From the NCBI GenBank assembly GCA_019745555.1, contig JAIESX010000013.1, positions 13,359-77,358 of the forward strand: a stretch of DNA of 64,000 nt. The letters are read 5' to 3'. Both the position numbers and the translations under genes were made by a program. Under the pieces are notes generated by a model. It had not been told where the DNA came from. It did not search any database and worked only from the letters and a program-made list of their open reading frames with translations. This DNA comes from Burkholderiaceae bacterium (GTDB lineage: Bacteria; Pseudomonadota; Gammaproteobacteria; Burkholderiales; Burkholderiaceae_C). Shown here in pieces: positions 28,981 through 38,137 of the stretch (its first letter is position 1; each line of letters opens with the position of its first letter).

Positions 28981-29667
28981 ATGGCAGCCATGACCACCAC
29001 CCTCCAAATCGATTTCGTCTCCGACGTGGCCTGCCCCTGGTGCGCTGTCGGCCTGGCCGGCCTGGACACGGCGCTGGACCGTCTGCTGGGCGAGATCGAC
29101 GCCCACATCAGCTTCCAGCCCTTTGAACTCAACCCCGGCATGGGGCCCGAGGGGCAGGACATAGCCGAGCACCTGACGCAGAAGTACGGCTCTACGCCCG
29201 AGCAGCAGGCCGAGATCCGCGAGCGCATCCGGGAGCGCGGCGCGGCCGTGGGCTTTGCCTTCAAGCCCGAGGGACGGGGGCGGATCTGGAATACCTTCGA
29301 TGCGCATCGTCTGCTGCACTGGGCCGGCGAGCAGGGACCGGACAAGCAGTACGCGCTGAAGCGCGAGCTGCTGGCCGCCTATCACGGCCGGGCCGAGAAT
29401 GTGTCCGATCACACCGTACTGCTGCGGGCCTGCGAGACCGTGGGTCTGGATACGGCGCGGGCCCAGGCCATCCTGGGCAGCGAGGAATACGCACTGGCCG
29501 TGCGCGAAAGCGAGATGCAGTGGCAGCAGGCCGGCATCACGGCCGTCCCGGCCGTGGTCGTGAACCAGCGCTACCTGATCTCCGGCGGCCAGCCGCCTGA
29601 GGCCTACGAGGAAGCGCTGCGTCGGATCGCGGCCTCGGTGGCCGAAGCCGGATCGTCGGGCGGCTGA
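28981..29667 (+). CDS. DsbA family oxidoreductase (FrnE-like)
   Basis: SDVACPWC, PFELNP, NTFDAHRL, GITAVP and SGGQP motifs. Confidence 0.9.
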   Translation: MAAMTTTLQIDFVSDVACPWCAVGLAGLDTALDRLLGEIDAHISFQPFELNPGMGPEGQDIAEHLTQKYGSTPEQQAEIRERIRERGAAVGFAFKPEGRGRIWNTFDAHRLLHWAGEQGPDKQYALKRELLAAYHGRAENVSDHTVLLRACETVGLDTARAQAILGSEEYALAVRESEMQWQQAGITAVPAVVVNQRYLISGGQPPEAYEEALRRIAASVAEAGSSGG

Positions 29668-29799
29668 GCGTCCCCGGTGGTCTGGCCCGGGCTTGCCAGA
29701 CCACGCCCGGTGCAGGAAACTGCAAGCGGATGTATCCGCGGCCCGGCGCGCACGCCGGTTTCGGGTATGTTCACGGGCTTACCAAGGGGGTGGTCTTTG

Positions 29800-30333
29800 A
29801 TGTCGTTCCTGCTGCGTTACCTGCTGATCGCCGTGGCCTGCGTCTTCATGCTGCTGGGCATGCAGCTGCCCGGCCTGGCCGATCAATACGCCAAGCGCGT
29901 AGACGCGAGCCTGCGGGAAGTCACGCTCAATTTCCAGCCCTTTCTCATCATCGCCAACCAGCACACGGGCGGCAATGTCGAGGCCCTGATCAAGCTGCAC
30001 CGCGACAGCAACGTTGCGCCTTTCCAGGCCGAGGGCGATGCGATCGAGCGTATGTACAAGCGCAAGCAGAAGCTGGAGATGGAGCGCGTGGCGCTCGACA
30101 CCCATCTGCCCGGACGGCTCTGGCACCTGCTCGTGCGGGCCGATGCCGATCTGCGCGAGCAGACCCTGATCCAGTACACGGCCACGGCCCCGCTGACGCA
30201 GGAGGCACTGATCTCCGGTGGCGTCGTGGCCCTGGTCATGATGCTCCTGCTGGAGGGCGCGATGGCCCTGGGCCGTTATCTCCAGGCCCTGATCACGCGC
30301 CAGATCAACCATCGCTGGCGCGGCGCCGACTGA
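29800..30333 (+). CDS. DUF2937-like membrane protein
   Basis: N-terminal TM then Q.P...DQY.KRV, with a C-terminal TM. Confidence 0.6.
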   Translation: MSFLLRYLLIAVACVFMLLGMQLPGLADQYAKRVDASLREVTLNFQPFLIIANQHTGGNVEALIKLHRDSNVAPFQAEGDAIERMYKRKQKLEMERVALDTHLPGRLWHLLVRADADLREQTLIQYTATAPLTQEALISGGVVALVMMLLLEGAMALGRYLQALITRQINHRWRGAD

Positions 30334-30425
30334 GCGCCGGGCGGCGTACCTCCACGCTGCCAGCCCGCGGCCAGCCCGGCCTGGTCTCCGGTGATCGGCT
30401 CACTTGCCCTGAACGGCCCTCGGCC

Positions 30426-30441
30426 GGGCACGGCCCTTGCT
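30426..30441 (+). promoter_or_regulatory. Sigma-54 (-24/-12) promoter of the ATP-grasp/Anbu operon
   Basis: gGGCACGgcccTTGCt matches TGGCACG-N4-TTGC with exact GG-N10-GC spacing, 33 nt before the ATG at 30474. Confidence 0.8.
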
Positions 30442-30473
30442 GAGTCCCTGGTGCAGAACAAGGCTTGTGCACC

Positions 30474-31904
30474 ATGAAAAACGTGTTTGACGAAATGCAT
30501 GCCCCAAACGGGGGCGCGCGCGTGCATTACGCCCCATACCAGGACTGGCTCTCGCTGATGCCAGCCTCGCACATCGCCCAAAAGCGTGCAGAAGCAGATT
30601 CGGCCTTTCACCGCTCGGGCATCACCTTTGCGGTCTATGGCGAAAACGCCGGCAAGGAGCGGCTGATCCCCTTTGACATCGTGCCGCGCATCATTCCTGC
30701 GGCCGAGTGGGAGCTGCTCGAGCGCGGGCTGCGCCAGCGCGTCAACGCGCTCAACGCCTTCATCCACGACATCTACCATGGCCAGCGCATCGTCAAGGCC
30801 GGCCTGATCCCGGCCGAGCAGGTCTTCTGCAACGCGCAGTACCGGCCGGAGATGCAGGGCGTGCGCGTGCGCAACGACATCTACGCCCATATCGCGGGCA
30901 TCGACATCGTGCGCGCCTCGCTACCGGGGGAGGATGCGACCTACTACGTGCTCGAGGACAATCTGCGCGTGCCCTCGGGCGTGTCCTACATGCTGGAGAA
31001 CCGGCGCATGATGATGCGCCTCTTTCCCGAACTCTTCGGCCGCTGCAAGGTCAGGCCCGTGGACCACTACCCGGACCTGTTGCTCGACACCCTGCGCCAG
31101 GCTGCGCCCGCTGGACTGGATGACCCCACCGTGGTGGTGCTCACGCCCGGCGCCTACAACAGCGCCTATTTCGAGCATGCCTTCCTCGCGCAGCAGATGG
31201 GTGTGGAACTGGTCGAGGGCAAGGACCTGTTCGTCCACGACGAGACGCTCTTCATGCGCACCACCCAGGGCCCGCGCCGCGTGGACGTGATCTACCGCCG
31301 CATCGACGACGACTTCCTCGATCCGCTGGCCTTTCGCGCCGACTCGGCCCTGGGCGTGGCGGGCCTGCTCTCGGTCTACCGCGCGGGCCGCGTGACGCTG
31401 GCCAATGCCATCGGCACCGGCGTGGCAGACGACAAGTCCATCTACCCCTATGTGCCGGACATGGTGCGCTTCTATCTCTCGGAGGAGCCCATCATCGCCA
31501 ACGTACCGACGTACCAATGCCGCAAGCCGGACGAGCTGAGCTATGTGCTCGCCAACATGGAGCAGCTGGTGGTGAAGGAAACGCACGGGGCCGGCGGTTA
31601 CGGCATGCTGGTCGGCCCGGCGTCCACGAAAGCCGAGGTCGCGGACTTCCGTGCCCGCGTCCAGGCTGCGCCCGACAAGTACATCGCCCAGCCCACGCTG
31701 GCGCTCTCGGCCTGCCCGACCTTTGTCGAGTCGGGTATCGCGCCGCGCCACATCGACCTGCGGCCCTTCGTGCTTTCGGGGCGCGAGGTGCGCATGGCAC
31801 CGGGCGGGCTCACGCGCGTGGCGCTCAAGGCCGGCTCATTGGTCGTCAACTCCTCCCAGGGCGGCGGCACCAAGGACACCTGGGTGCTTGAGGGGGAGGC
31901 ATGA
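30474..31904 (+). CDS. Circularly permuted type 2 ATP-grasp protein
   Basis: GITF.VY, LIPFD..PR, VLEDNLRVPSGVSYMLENR, YRRIDDDFLDP and VVNSSQGGGTKDTWV motifs. Confidence 0.92.
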   Translation: MKNVFDEMHAPNGGARVHYAPYQDWLSLMPASHIAQKRAEADSAFHRSGITFAVYGENAGKERLIPFDIVPRIIPAAEWELLERGLRQRVNALNAFIHDIYHGQRIVKAGLIPAEQVFCNAQYRPEMQGVRVRNDIYAHIAGIDIVRASLPGEDATYYVLEDNLRVPSGVSYMLENRRMMMRLFPELFGRCKVRPVDHYPDLLLDTLRQAAPAGLDDPTVVVLTPGAYNSAYFEHAFLAQQMGVELVEGKDLFVHDETLFMRTTQGPRRVDVIYRRIDDDFLDPLAFRADSALGVAGLLSVYRAGRVTLANAIGTGVADDKSIYPYVPDMVRFYLSEEPIIANVPTYQCRKPDELSYVLANMEQLVVKETHGAGGYGMLVGPASTKAEVADFRARVQAAPDKYIAQPTLALSACPTFVESGIAPRHIDLRPFVLSGREVRMAPGGLTRVALKAGSLVVNSSQGGGTKDTWVLEGEA

Positions 31905-32848
31905 CCATGCTCTCAAGAACCGCCGACCACCTCTACTGGATGTCCCGCTACACCGAACGGGCCGAGAACATCGCCCGCATGCTCGAGGTGAGCTACCGCA
32001 TGTCGCTGCAGACGCCGCAGGTGCAGGGCGGCTACTGGGGCGCGGCCCTGGGCATCAATGGTCTGGAAGAGGCCTACCGTTCCAAGTACGGCGCCATCAC
32101 CGCCGGCAACGTGCTGCGCTTCATGAGCGTGGACCTGGACAATCCCTCGTCCATCCTGGCCTGCCTGCGCGCCGCGCGCGAGAACTGCCATGCCGTGCGC
32201 GGCACCGTCACCTCCGAGGTCTGGGAGACCGTCAACACCACCTGGCTGGAGGCGCGCGACTCGGTGCAGTCCCTGCCCCAGGGCAGCATCCAGGGCAGTG
32301 AACTGACCAAGTACTTCGAATGGGTCAAGTTCCGCTCGCACCTCTCGCGCGGCGTCACCGTGGGCACCATGCTGCAGGACGAGGCCTTCCATTTCATCCG
32401 CCTTGGGACCTTCCTGGAGCGGGCCGACAACACGGCCCGCCTGCTCGACGTGAAGTTCGACGAACTGGCGCCGCAGACCAGCGCCGATGGCGAGTACTAC
32501 GAGTGGAGCGCACTGCTGCGCTCGGTCTCGGCCTTCGAGATCTACCGCAAGGTCTACCGCGACATGATCACGCCGCAGCGCGTGGCCGAGCTGCTGATCC
32601 TGCGCGAGGACATGCCGCGCTCCCTGCACGCCTGCATGAAGGAGGTGCACCAGATCCTGGGCCAGGTGGCCAACGTGCGCTCGCAAGAAACCATGCGCCG
32701 GGCCGGCGCCATGTACTCGCGCCTGCGTTACGGCAGGATCGAGGACATCACGGCGCTTGGCCTGCATGCCGTGCTGACCGATTTCCTGGACGACACCGCC
32801 GATCTGGGCAACCGCATCGCGCAGGACTTCCTGCTGCCCATAGGCTGA
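31901..32848 (+). CDS. Alpha-E domain protein (DUF403)
   Basis: MLSRTAD.LYWMSRY.ERAEN.AR, ARENC..VR and FLERADNTAR ER motifs. Confidence 0.92.
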   Translation: MTMLSRTADHLYWMSRYTERAENIARMLEVSYRMSLQTPQVQGGYWGAALGINGLEEAYRSKYGAITAGNVLRFMSVDLDNPSSILACLRAARENCHAVRGTVTSEVWETVNTTWLEARDSVQSLPQGSIQGSELTKYFEWVKFRSHLSRGVTVGTMLQDEAFHFIRLGTFLERADNTARLLDVKFDELAPQTSADGEYYEWSALLRSVSAFEIYRKVYRDMITPQRVAELLILREDMPRSLHACMKEVHQILGQVANVRSQETMRRAGAMYSRLRYGRIEDITALGLHAVLTDFLDDTADLGNRIAQDFLLPIG

Positions 32849-32864
32849 GCCACAAGGAGCGACC

Positions 32865-33689
32865 ATGCTGCTCGACATCCGCCACGAAACCCTCTACCGC
32901 TACGCCGTGCCGGCCAGCTACAGCCTGCAGTACATGCGCCTGTGGCCCCGCGCCGACGGCGGTCAGCGCGTGCTGCACTGGCGCATCGACGCGCCGGGCC
33001 GTCGCTGGGCCCAGACCGATGCCTACGGCAACGCCATCGTCGTCACCTCGTTGACGGACCCGCACAGCGAGGTACGTGTGGTCGCACAGGGTCAGGTCGA
33101 GACCCTGGACGGGCGCGGTGTGCTGTTGCCGCACGACTCGGCCGTGCCGCCGCTGGCCTTCGCCCTGCCCACGCCGCTGACCGCTGCCGACGCGGCCATC
33201 GAGGCACTGGCTGCCGATGTCCTGTCGAACGTGCCGTCGCAGACTCTGGAGCACCCGGGCGCACTGCAGCCGCTGGTCGACGCGGTCTTCGAACGCGTGG
33301 CCTATGTGCAGGGCGTGACCGACGTTTCGCACACCGCGGCCGAGGTGCTGCGTCAGGGGCAGGGCGTATGCCAGGACATGGCCCACGTCTTCCTCGCCTG
33401 CTGCCGCGCCCGCGGCATCCCGGCGCGCTATGTCAGCGGCTACCTGCTGACCGATGTCAGCCATGCCGCCTCGCATGCCTGGGCCGAAGCCTGGCTGCCG
33501 CGCGCCCGTGGCGGTGCCGGGGCCTGGGTGGGCTTCGACGTCACGCACCAGCGCGTGGCGGGTCCCGAGCTCTGCCGTCTGGCCGTGGGCCGTGACTATG
33601 CCGACGCCAGCCCCATGCGCGGCATCCACGTCGGCGGTGCCGGCGAAGCGCTGACCGTGAGCGTGGCGGTGCAGGGCGCCGACCAGTAA
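32865..33689 (+). CDS. Transglutaminase family protein
   Basis: I.HET.Y.Y, GVCQDMAH, PARYVSGYL, HAWAE, GFD and GRDY.D motifs (Cys-His-Asp triad). Confidence 0.92.
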   Translation: MLLDIRHETLYRYAVPASYSLQYMRLWPRADGGQRVLHWRIDAPGRRWAQTDAYGNAIVVTSLTDPHSEVRVVAQGQVETLDGRGVLLPHDSAVPPLAFALPTPLTAADAAIEALAADVLSNVPSQTLEHPGALQPLVDAVFERVAYVQGVTDVSHTAAEVLRQGQGVCQDMAHVFLACCRARGIPARYVSGYLLTDVSHAASHAWAEAWLPRARGGAGAWVGFDVTHQRVAGPELCRLAVGRDYADASPMRGIHVGGAGEALTVSVAVQGADQ

Positions 33690-33805
33690 GATCGCGCATG
33701 CACCCTCCGTCCGCCAGCAACCCCGTCCCGGATACGGCTGCGGCTGCGCAGACCGGTATGCCCGAGGGTGCGCCGACCAAGAACACAGCTGGAGACTACA
33801 GCGCC

Positions 33806-34537
33806 ATGACCTATTGCGTCGCCGTCCGCAACGAAGCCGGACTGGTATTTCTGTCCGACTCGCGCACCAATGCCGGGGTAGACCAGATCAACACCTTCCG
33901 CAAGATGCACGTCTACGAGGTGCCGGGTGAGCGCGTCCTGGTCCTGCTGACCGCAGGCAACCTGGCCATCAGCCAGTCGGTGGCCAGCGGTCTGAAGGTG
34001 CAGATGGGGACGGCGGGAGAAAAGAGCCTGGCCAGTGCGCCCAATCTTTTCTCGGCCGCCAAGATCGTGGGCGAGGCCGTGCGCAAGGTGCACGAGCGCG
34101 ATGCCGCCGCGCTCAAGGAGTTCGGCATCGAGTTCAACGTCAGCCTCATCCTCGGCGGGCAGATCAAGGGCGAGGAGCCGCGGCTGTTCAACATCTACGC
34201 CGCCGGCAACTTCATCGAGGCCACACCCGAGACACCGTACTTCCAGATCGGCGAATCCAAGTACGGCAAGCCCATCCTGGACCGTGTGATCGGTGGTCAG
34301 CTCAGTCTGGACGAAGTGGCCAAGTGCTGCCTGATCTCCATGGACTCGACCATGAAGTCGAACCTGTCGGTCGGTTTGCCGCTGGATCTTCTGTGCTATG
34401 AAAAAGATAGCTTCGAGGTGACCCGGCGGGCCCAGATCGATGCCAGGGATCCCTATTTCACCTCGCTGCGCGAACGCTGGGGCGAGCAGCTGCGCAAGGT
34501 CTTCAACGAGCTGCCATCGCCCGGCTACTGGCGCTGA
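33806..34537 (+). CDS. Proteasome-type Ntn protease (Anbu)
   Basis: MTYCV (N-terminal Thr), SDSRTNAGVD, AGNLAISQ, QIGESKYGKPI and SMDST.KSNLSVG motifs. RBS ggag. Confidence 0.92.
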   Translation: MTYCVAVRNEAGLVFLSDSRTNAGVDQINTFRKMHVYEVPGERVLVLLTAGNLAISQSVASGLKVQMGTAGEKSLASAPNLFSAAKIVGEAVRKVHERDAAALKEFGIEFNVSLILGGQIKGEEPRLFNIYAAGNFIEATPETPYFQIGESKYGKPILDRVIGGQLSLDEVAKCCLISMDSTMKSNLSVGLPLDLLCYEKDSFEVTRRAQIDARDPYFTSLRERWGEQLRKVFNELPSPGYWR

Positions 34538-34558
34538 GGGCCACCCCGTGCGCCGGTC

Positions 34559-34936
34559 TCAGGCGCTGGCGCTGAACTTGGCGTAGGCCGCTTCGTCCAT
34601 CAGGGCGTCGAGTTCCGCTGGGCTCTTGAGCGTGAGTTTGTAGAACCAGCCGGCACCCAGTGGCTCGCTGTTGGCCAGGGCCGGATCGGCGCGCAGCGCT
34701 TCGTTGACCTCGGTGACGGTGCCGCTGACCGGGGCGTAGACGTCGGCCGCGGCCTTGACGGACTCGACCACACCGGCAATCTCGCCGGCCGCCAGTACCT
34801 TGCCCACGGCGGGCAGGTCCACGAAGACGATGTCGCCCAGGGTGTCCTGCGCGTGCACGGTGATGCCCACCACGCCTGTTTCGCCTTCCACCCGCACCCA
34901 CACGTGTTCGTCGCTGAACCTGATCATGTCTGCCAC
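34559..34936 (-). CDS. gcvH: Glycine cleavage system H protein (lipoyl carrier)
   Basis: HVWV, GIT..AQDTLGDIVFVDLP, VESVKAA (lipoyl Lys), N..P.G.GW. Confidence 0.92.
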   Translation of the reverse strand: MADMIRFSDEHVWVRVEGETGVVGITVHAQDTLGDIVFVDLPAVGKVLAAGEIAGVVESVKAAADVYAPVSGTVTEVNEALRADPALANSEPLGAGWFYKLTLKSPAELDALMDEAAYAKFSASA

Positions 34937-34974
34937 TCCATAGTCGAGGCGCCGATCTTAACCGTGCAGGCATG

Positions 34975-35000
34975 AAAAAACCGGCCCAGGGGCCGGTTTC
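34975..35000 (-). terminator. Rho-independent terminator downstream of the RRM gene
   Basis: On the minus strand: aaaccggcc-cctg-ggccggttt followed by a T run. Confidence 0.75.
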
Positions 35001-35020
35001 TCAGGCGAAGCCGTGAGGCT

Positions 35021-35356
35021 TCAGTAACGGGGACGGCCACCGCCGCCGCCGTAACCGCCGCCGCCTTCACGACGGCCGCCGCCGAAACCGCCACCACCGG
35101 TGCGCGGCTCCATCGGGCGGGCGATGTTCACGACCATGTCGCGGCCACCGACGTTCTGGCCGTTCATGCCGCTGATGGCGGACTCGGCCTGGTCGGCACT
35201 GCCCATCTCCACGAAGCCGAAGCCCTTGGAGCGACCGGTGTCACGGTCCATCATGACCTTGGCCGACTGGACGTCGCCGTAGGCCGAGAAGTGTTGTTGA
35301 AGATCGTCGTCGCGCACCGAGTAGGAGAGGTTACCGACGTAAAGTTTGCTGCTCAT
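35021..35356 (-). CDS. RRM RNA-binding protein with Gly-rich tail
   Basis: RNP2 LYVGNL, RNP1 KGFGFVEM, GGG/RGG-rich C-terminus. Confidence 0.93.
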   Translation of the reverse strand: MSSKLYVGNLSYSVRDDDLQQHFSAYGDVQSAKVMMDRDTGRSKGFGFVEMGSADQAESAISGMNGQNVGGRDMVVNIARPMEPRTGGGGFGGGRREGGGGYGGGGGRPRY

Positions 35357-35452
35357 GGGAGAGCCTTTCAAAAAAAGCGCTGTTGATGCCATAGGCATCT
35401 TGGCGCGGGGGAAATGACGGTCTTGGTTTGAAAAACCATCAAGGGAATGGGT

Positions 35453-35719
35453 TCAGCGGAAAGTCCGCTTGGCCGGCGCGGGGGCGCCGCCGGTCCGGGG
35501 TGCGAGGTGGCGGAAGGTGATGCGGCCCTTGCCCAGGTCATAGGGCGAGAGCTCGAGCGACACCTTGTCGCCAGCCAGGATGCGGATGTGATGCTTGCGC
35601 ATCTTGCCGCCGGTGTAGGCCACCAGGGTGTGGCCGTTGTCCAGGGTGACGCGAAAACGCGAGTCGGGCAGGATTTCATTCACCGTGCCGTGCATTTCGA
35701 TCAGTTCTTCCTTGGCCAT
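35453..35719 (-). CDS. infA: Translation initiation factor IF-1 (paralog outside the ribosomal protein operon)
   Basis: [43 protein letters not shown]. Confidence 0.95.
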   Translation of the reverse strand: MAKEELIEMHGTVNEILPDSRFRVTLDNGHTLVAYTGGKMRKHHIRILAGDKVSLELSPYDLGKGRITFRHLAPRTGGAPAPAKRTFR

Positions 35720-35754
35720 GGGGTCCTCCTTCTGTTGGCTTGACTAAATGGGGT

Positions 35755-35991
35755 TCAGGCGTAGCTGTGGCGCTGCCGCAGCCAGCTGCAACCTTCGTTG
35801 ATGGCGTACTGCAGGGCGCCTTCGCGCGTGCTGAATTCGGGCACAAAGCGGAACACGCGATCGTGCGTGCCGCGGCCGCTGCCGCTGCGGATCGACACGG
35901 AAGCCTGGTAGCGGCCCGTGTCGGTGGTGCGGATGAGGGGTGAGACAAGGTACTTGCCCACCGAGAATGCTTTTTCTAGGGTGGTATTCAT
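35755..35991 (-). CDS. Small hypothetical protein upstream of infA
   Basis: 78-aa ORF (VGKYLVSPL..GRYQASVSIRSG.G.GTHDRVFRF) co-oriented with infA, 35 nt gap. Confidence 0.65.
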   Translation of the reverse strand: MNTTLEKAFSVGKYLVSPLIRTTDTGRYQASVSIRSGSGRGTHDRVFRFVPEFSTREGALQYAINEGCSWLRQRHSYA

Positions 35992-36383
35992 CAAAAGAGG
36001 CGCGCGTATCGTCGCGCGTTGCAAAGATCAGTCAACCGTCCTGCGCAAGGCGGGACGCTGCGGCATCAGCCGCTCGGGGGTCCGGTCCGGGAAAGGGAAC
36101 GTCAAAAAGACCGGGATAGGGCTTGCCGCAGGGGGAAGTGTGACGACCAGATGGAGCCGGTGAGAGCGGCCGGTCGGGCGGGGCGGGCGGTGTGAGAGAG
36201 GCCGCAGGCCGTGTCAGACTACAGCTGCGCAAAGGGAAGCAAGTTGCGGCAGCGATGTGTATTGTACGCTGGATTGCGCATTTGTGCCGATCTTTCTTTG
36301 CCAAGGCCCGCCCGGGGCCTGCAAAATGCTGCCATGCCTTGAGGGAGGCACTTGTCCTGCGGACGCTTCGAAAAGAAAAGCAG

Positions 36384-37595
36384 ATGAGGTACCTGGGCAG
36401 CATCTACGTCGCCGTGGCCGTTCTGGTCCTGACCTTCGCACTGGGCATGTACGCCGATGTGCGCAGCGAGGACATGCACGTGCGCCACCTGGGCATCAGC
36501 ACCCGGCTGGAGCGCATCGTGCGCCTGGAGCAGGAGCTCACCAGCCTGCTTGGCAGTGCCGTGCTGGAACAGAAGCTGATGCGCGTGAGCCGCTACGATG
36601 CGGTGGACGAGCAGCTCACCGCCACGGTGGGTGCCGTGGCCGAACTCAGCCGTGCGCTCCGGCTGTCGGGCGACATCTCGGTGCTGCTGGAGCTGCAGCA
36701 GGGCCTGCGCGCCACCGAGGCTCGCTCGTTGCGCTATATGCGCGTGGGCAACTGGCGCCGTGCCCGTGACGTGCTGATCGAAGACGATTACGTGCTGGCC
36801 AAGAAGATCTACGAGATCACCACCGAATCCGTCATCAGCGCGCTGAGCGAGGAACTGACCCAGCGTGACCGCGAAGTTCAGCGCCTGCGCCAGATCACCT
36901 ATGCCCTGCGCGTGGCCGCGCTGGGCCTGCTGCTCTGGGTGGGCTGGCGCTTTGCCCGCCGCCTGCGCGATGACATGGCGGAACAGGCGCGCCTGCAGCA
37001 GGAGATCCGCAGCACCAACGAAGGCCTGGAAGCGACCGTGCGTGAGCGCACTCTGGAGCTCGAGCGCAGCAACCGGCAGCTCGCCGCGCTCAGCAGCACG
37101 GACGCACTCACCGGCCTGGCCAACCGCCGTCGCTTCGACGAGGCCTGGGCCGAGGAGTGGCAGCGCGCGGCGCGCCAGAGCGCCTCGCTGGCGCTGTTGC
37201 TGATCGATGTCGACCATTTCAAGGCCTACAACGACCACTACGGCCACCAGGCCGGCGACGAGTGCCTGCGCCGCGTGGCCGCCGTGCTGGCTGGCGTGGC
37301 GCGTCGCGCCGGGGAGCTGGTGGCGCGCTACGGCGGGGAAGAGTTTGTCGTTGTGCTGCCCGGCGCCGACGCCACCACCGCGCGTGAGTTTGCAGAGCGC
37401 CTGCGCATGGCCGTCGAGGCCGAGGCCATGCCCCACGCCCACTCACCCGCCGCACCCGTCGTCACCATCAGCATGGGCGTGGCCGCAGGCCAGCCGCGTC
37501 ACGAGGCCGATGCCGAGGCTCTGCTCAAGGAGGCCGACGTGGCGCTCTACCTTGCCAAGCGCCAGGGCCGCAACCAGGTGCTGCTGGCGGCCTGA
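36384..37595 (+). CDS. Membrane-anchored diguanylate cyclase
   Basis: Two TM helices flanking a periplasmic region, coiled coil, D.LTGLANRR, DVDHFK.YND.YGH..GD, RYGGEEF. Confidence 0.92.
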   Translation: MRYLGSIYVAVAVLVLTFALGMYADVRSEDMHVRHLGISTRLERIVRLEQELTSLLGSAVLEQKLMRVSRYDAVDEQLTATVGAVAELSRALRLSGDISVLLELQQGLRATEARSLRYMRVGNWRRARDVLIEDDYVLAKKIYEITTESVISALSEELTQRDREVQRLRQITYALRVAALGLLLWVGWRFARRLRDDMAEQARLQQEIRSTNEGLEATVRERTLELERSNRQLAALSSTDALTGLANRRRFDEAWAEEWQRAARQSASLALLLIDVDHFKAYNDHYGHQAGDECLRRVAAVLAGVARRAGELVARYGGEEFVVVLPGADATTAREFAERLRMAVEAEAMPHAHSPAAPVVTISMGVAAGQPRHEADAEALLKEADVALYLAKRQGRNQVLLAA

Positions 37596-37609
37596 GATAC
37601 TGCGTCCCC

Positions 37610-38137
37610 ATGAGCGAGCAGGAAGACGAGGTGAGAGCAGGGCTGGGCCGCAGCGTACGCCGCGGCACGCTGGGTATCCTGGCCTTCTGGCTGGCGGTGA
37701 TGGGCGTGCTTTATTACTTCATGGACCGTTATCTCCAGCCCGCACCGGTGACGGTCAGCGCCCGGGGCGAGCTCGTGATCCCGCGTGCCCGTGACGGGCA
37801 TTTCTATGCGCCTGGCCTGGTCAACGGCCAGCCGGTGAACTTCCTCGTGGACACCGGCGCCTCGCTGGTGTCGGTCAGCGAAGAGCTGGCGCGCAAGGCC
37901 GGCCTGGGGGTGGGGGAGTCGGCCGTTTTCATGACGGCCAACGGCCAGCGCCCCGGCCGCATCGTGGCCGGCGTGCCGGTCGCCGTGGGCCCGGTCAGCG
38001 TTTCGGCCGTGCGGGTGGGCGTGGGCCTGACAGGCCCCGACAGCAGCGATACCCTGCTGGGCCAGAGCTTTCTCTCGCGCTTCGACATCCTGCTGCAGCA
38101 GGACCACATGATCCTGCGGCCGCGCTCCGGGAGCTGA
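37610..38137 (+). CDS. Retropepsin-like (clan AA, TIGR02281-type) aspartic protease
   Basis: N-terminal TM, DGHFY, FLVDTGAS, TANG and LLGQSFL motifs. Confidence 0.88.
   Translation: MSEQEDEVRAGLGRSVRRGTLGILAFWLAVMGVLYYFMDRYLQPAPVTVSARGELVIPRARDGHFYAPGLVNGQPVNFLVDTGASLVSVSEELARKAGLGVGESAVFMTANGQRPGRIVAGVPVAVGPVSVSAVRVGVGLTGPDSSDTLLGQSFLSRFDILLQQDHMILRPRSGS

Noticed and set aside
35030-35100. (ccg)n-like low-complexity repeat
   Set aside because: It simply encodes the Gly-rich tail of the RRM protein.
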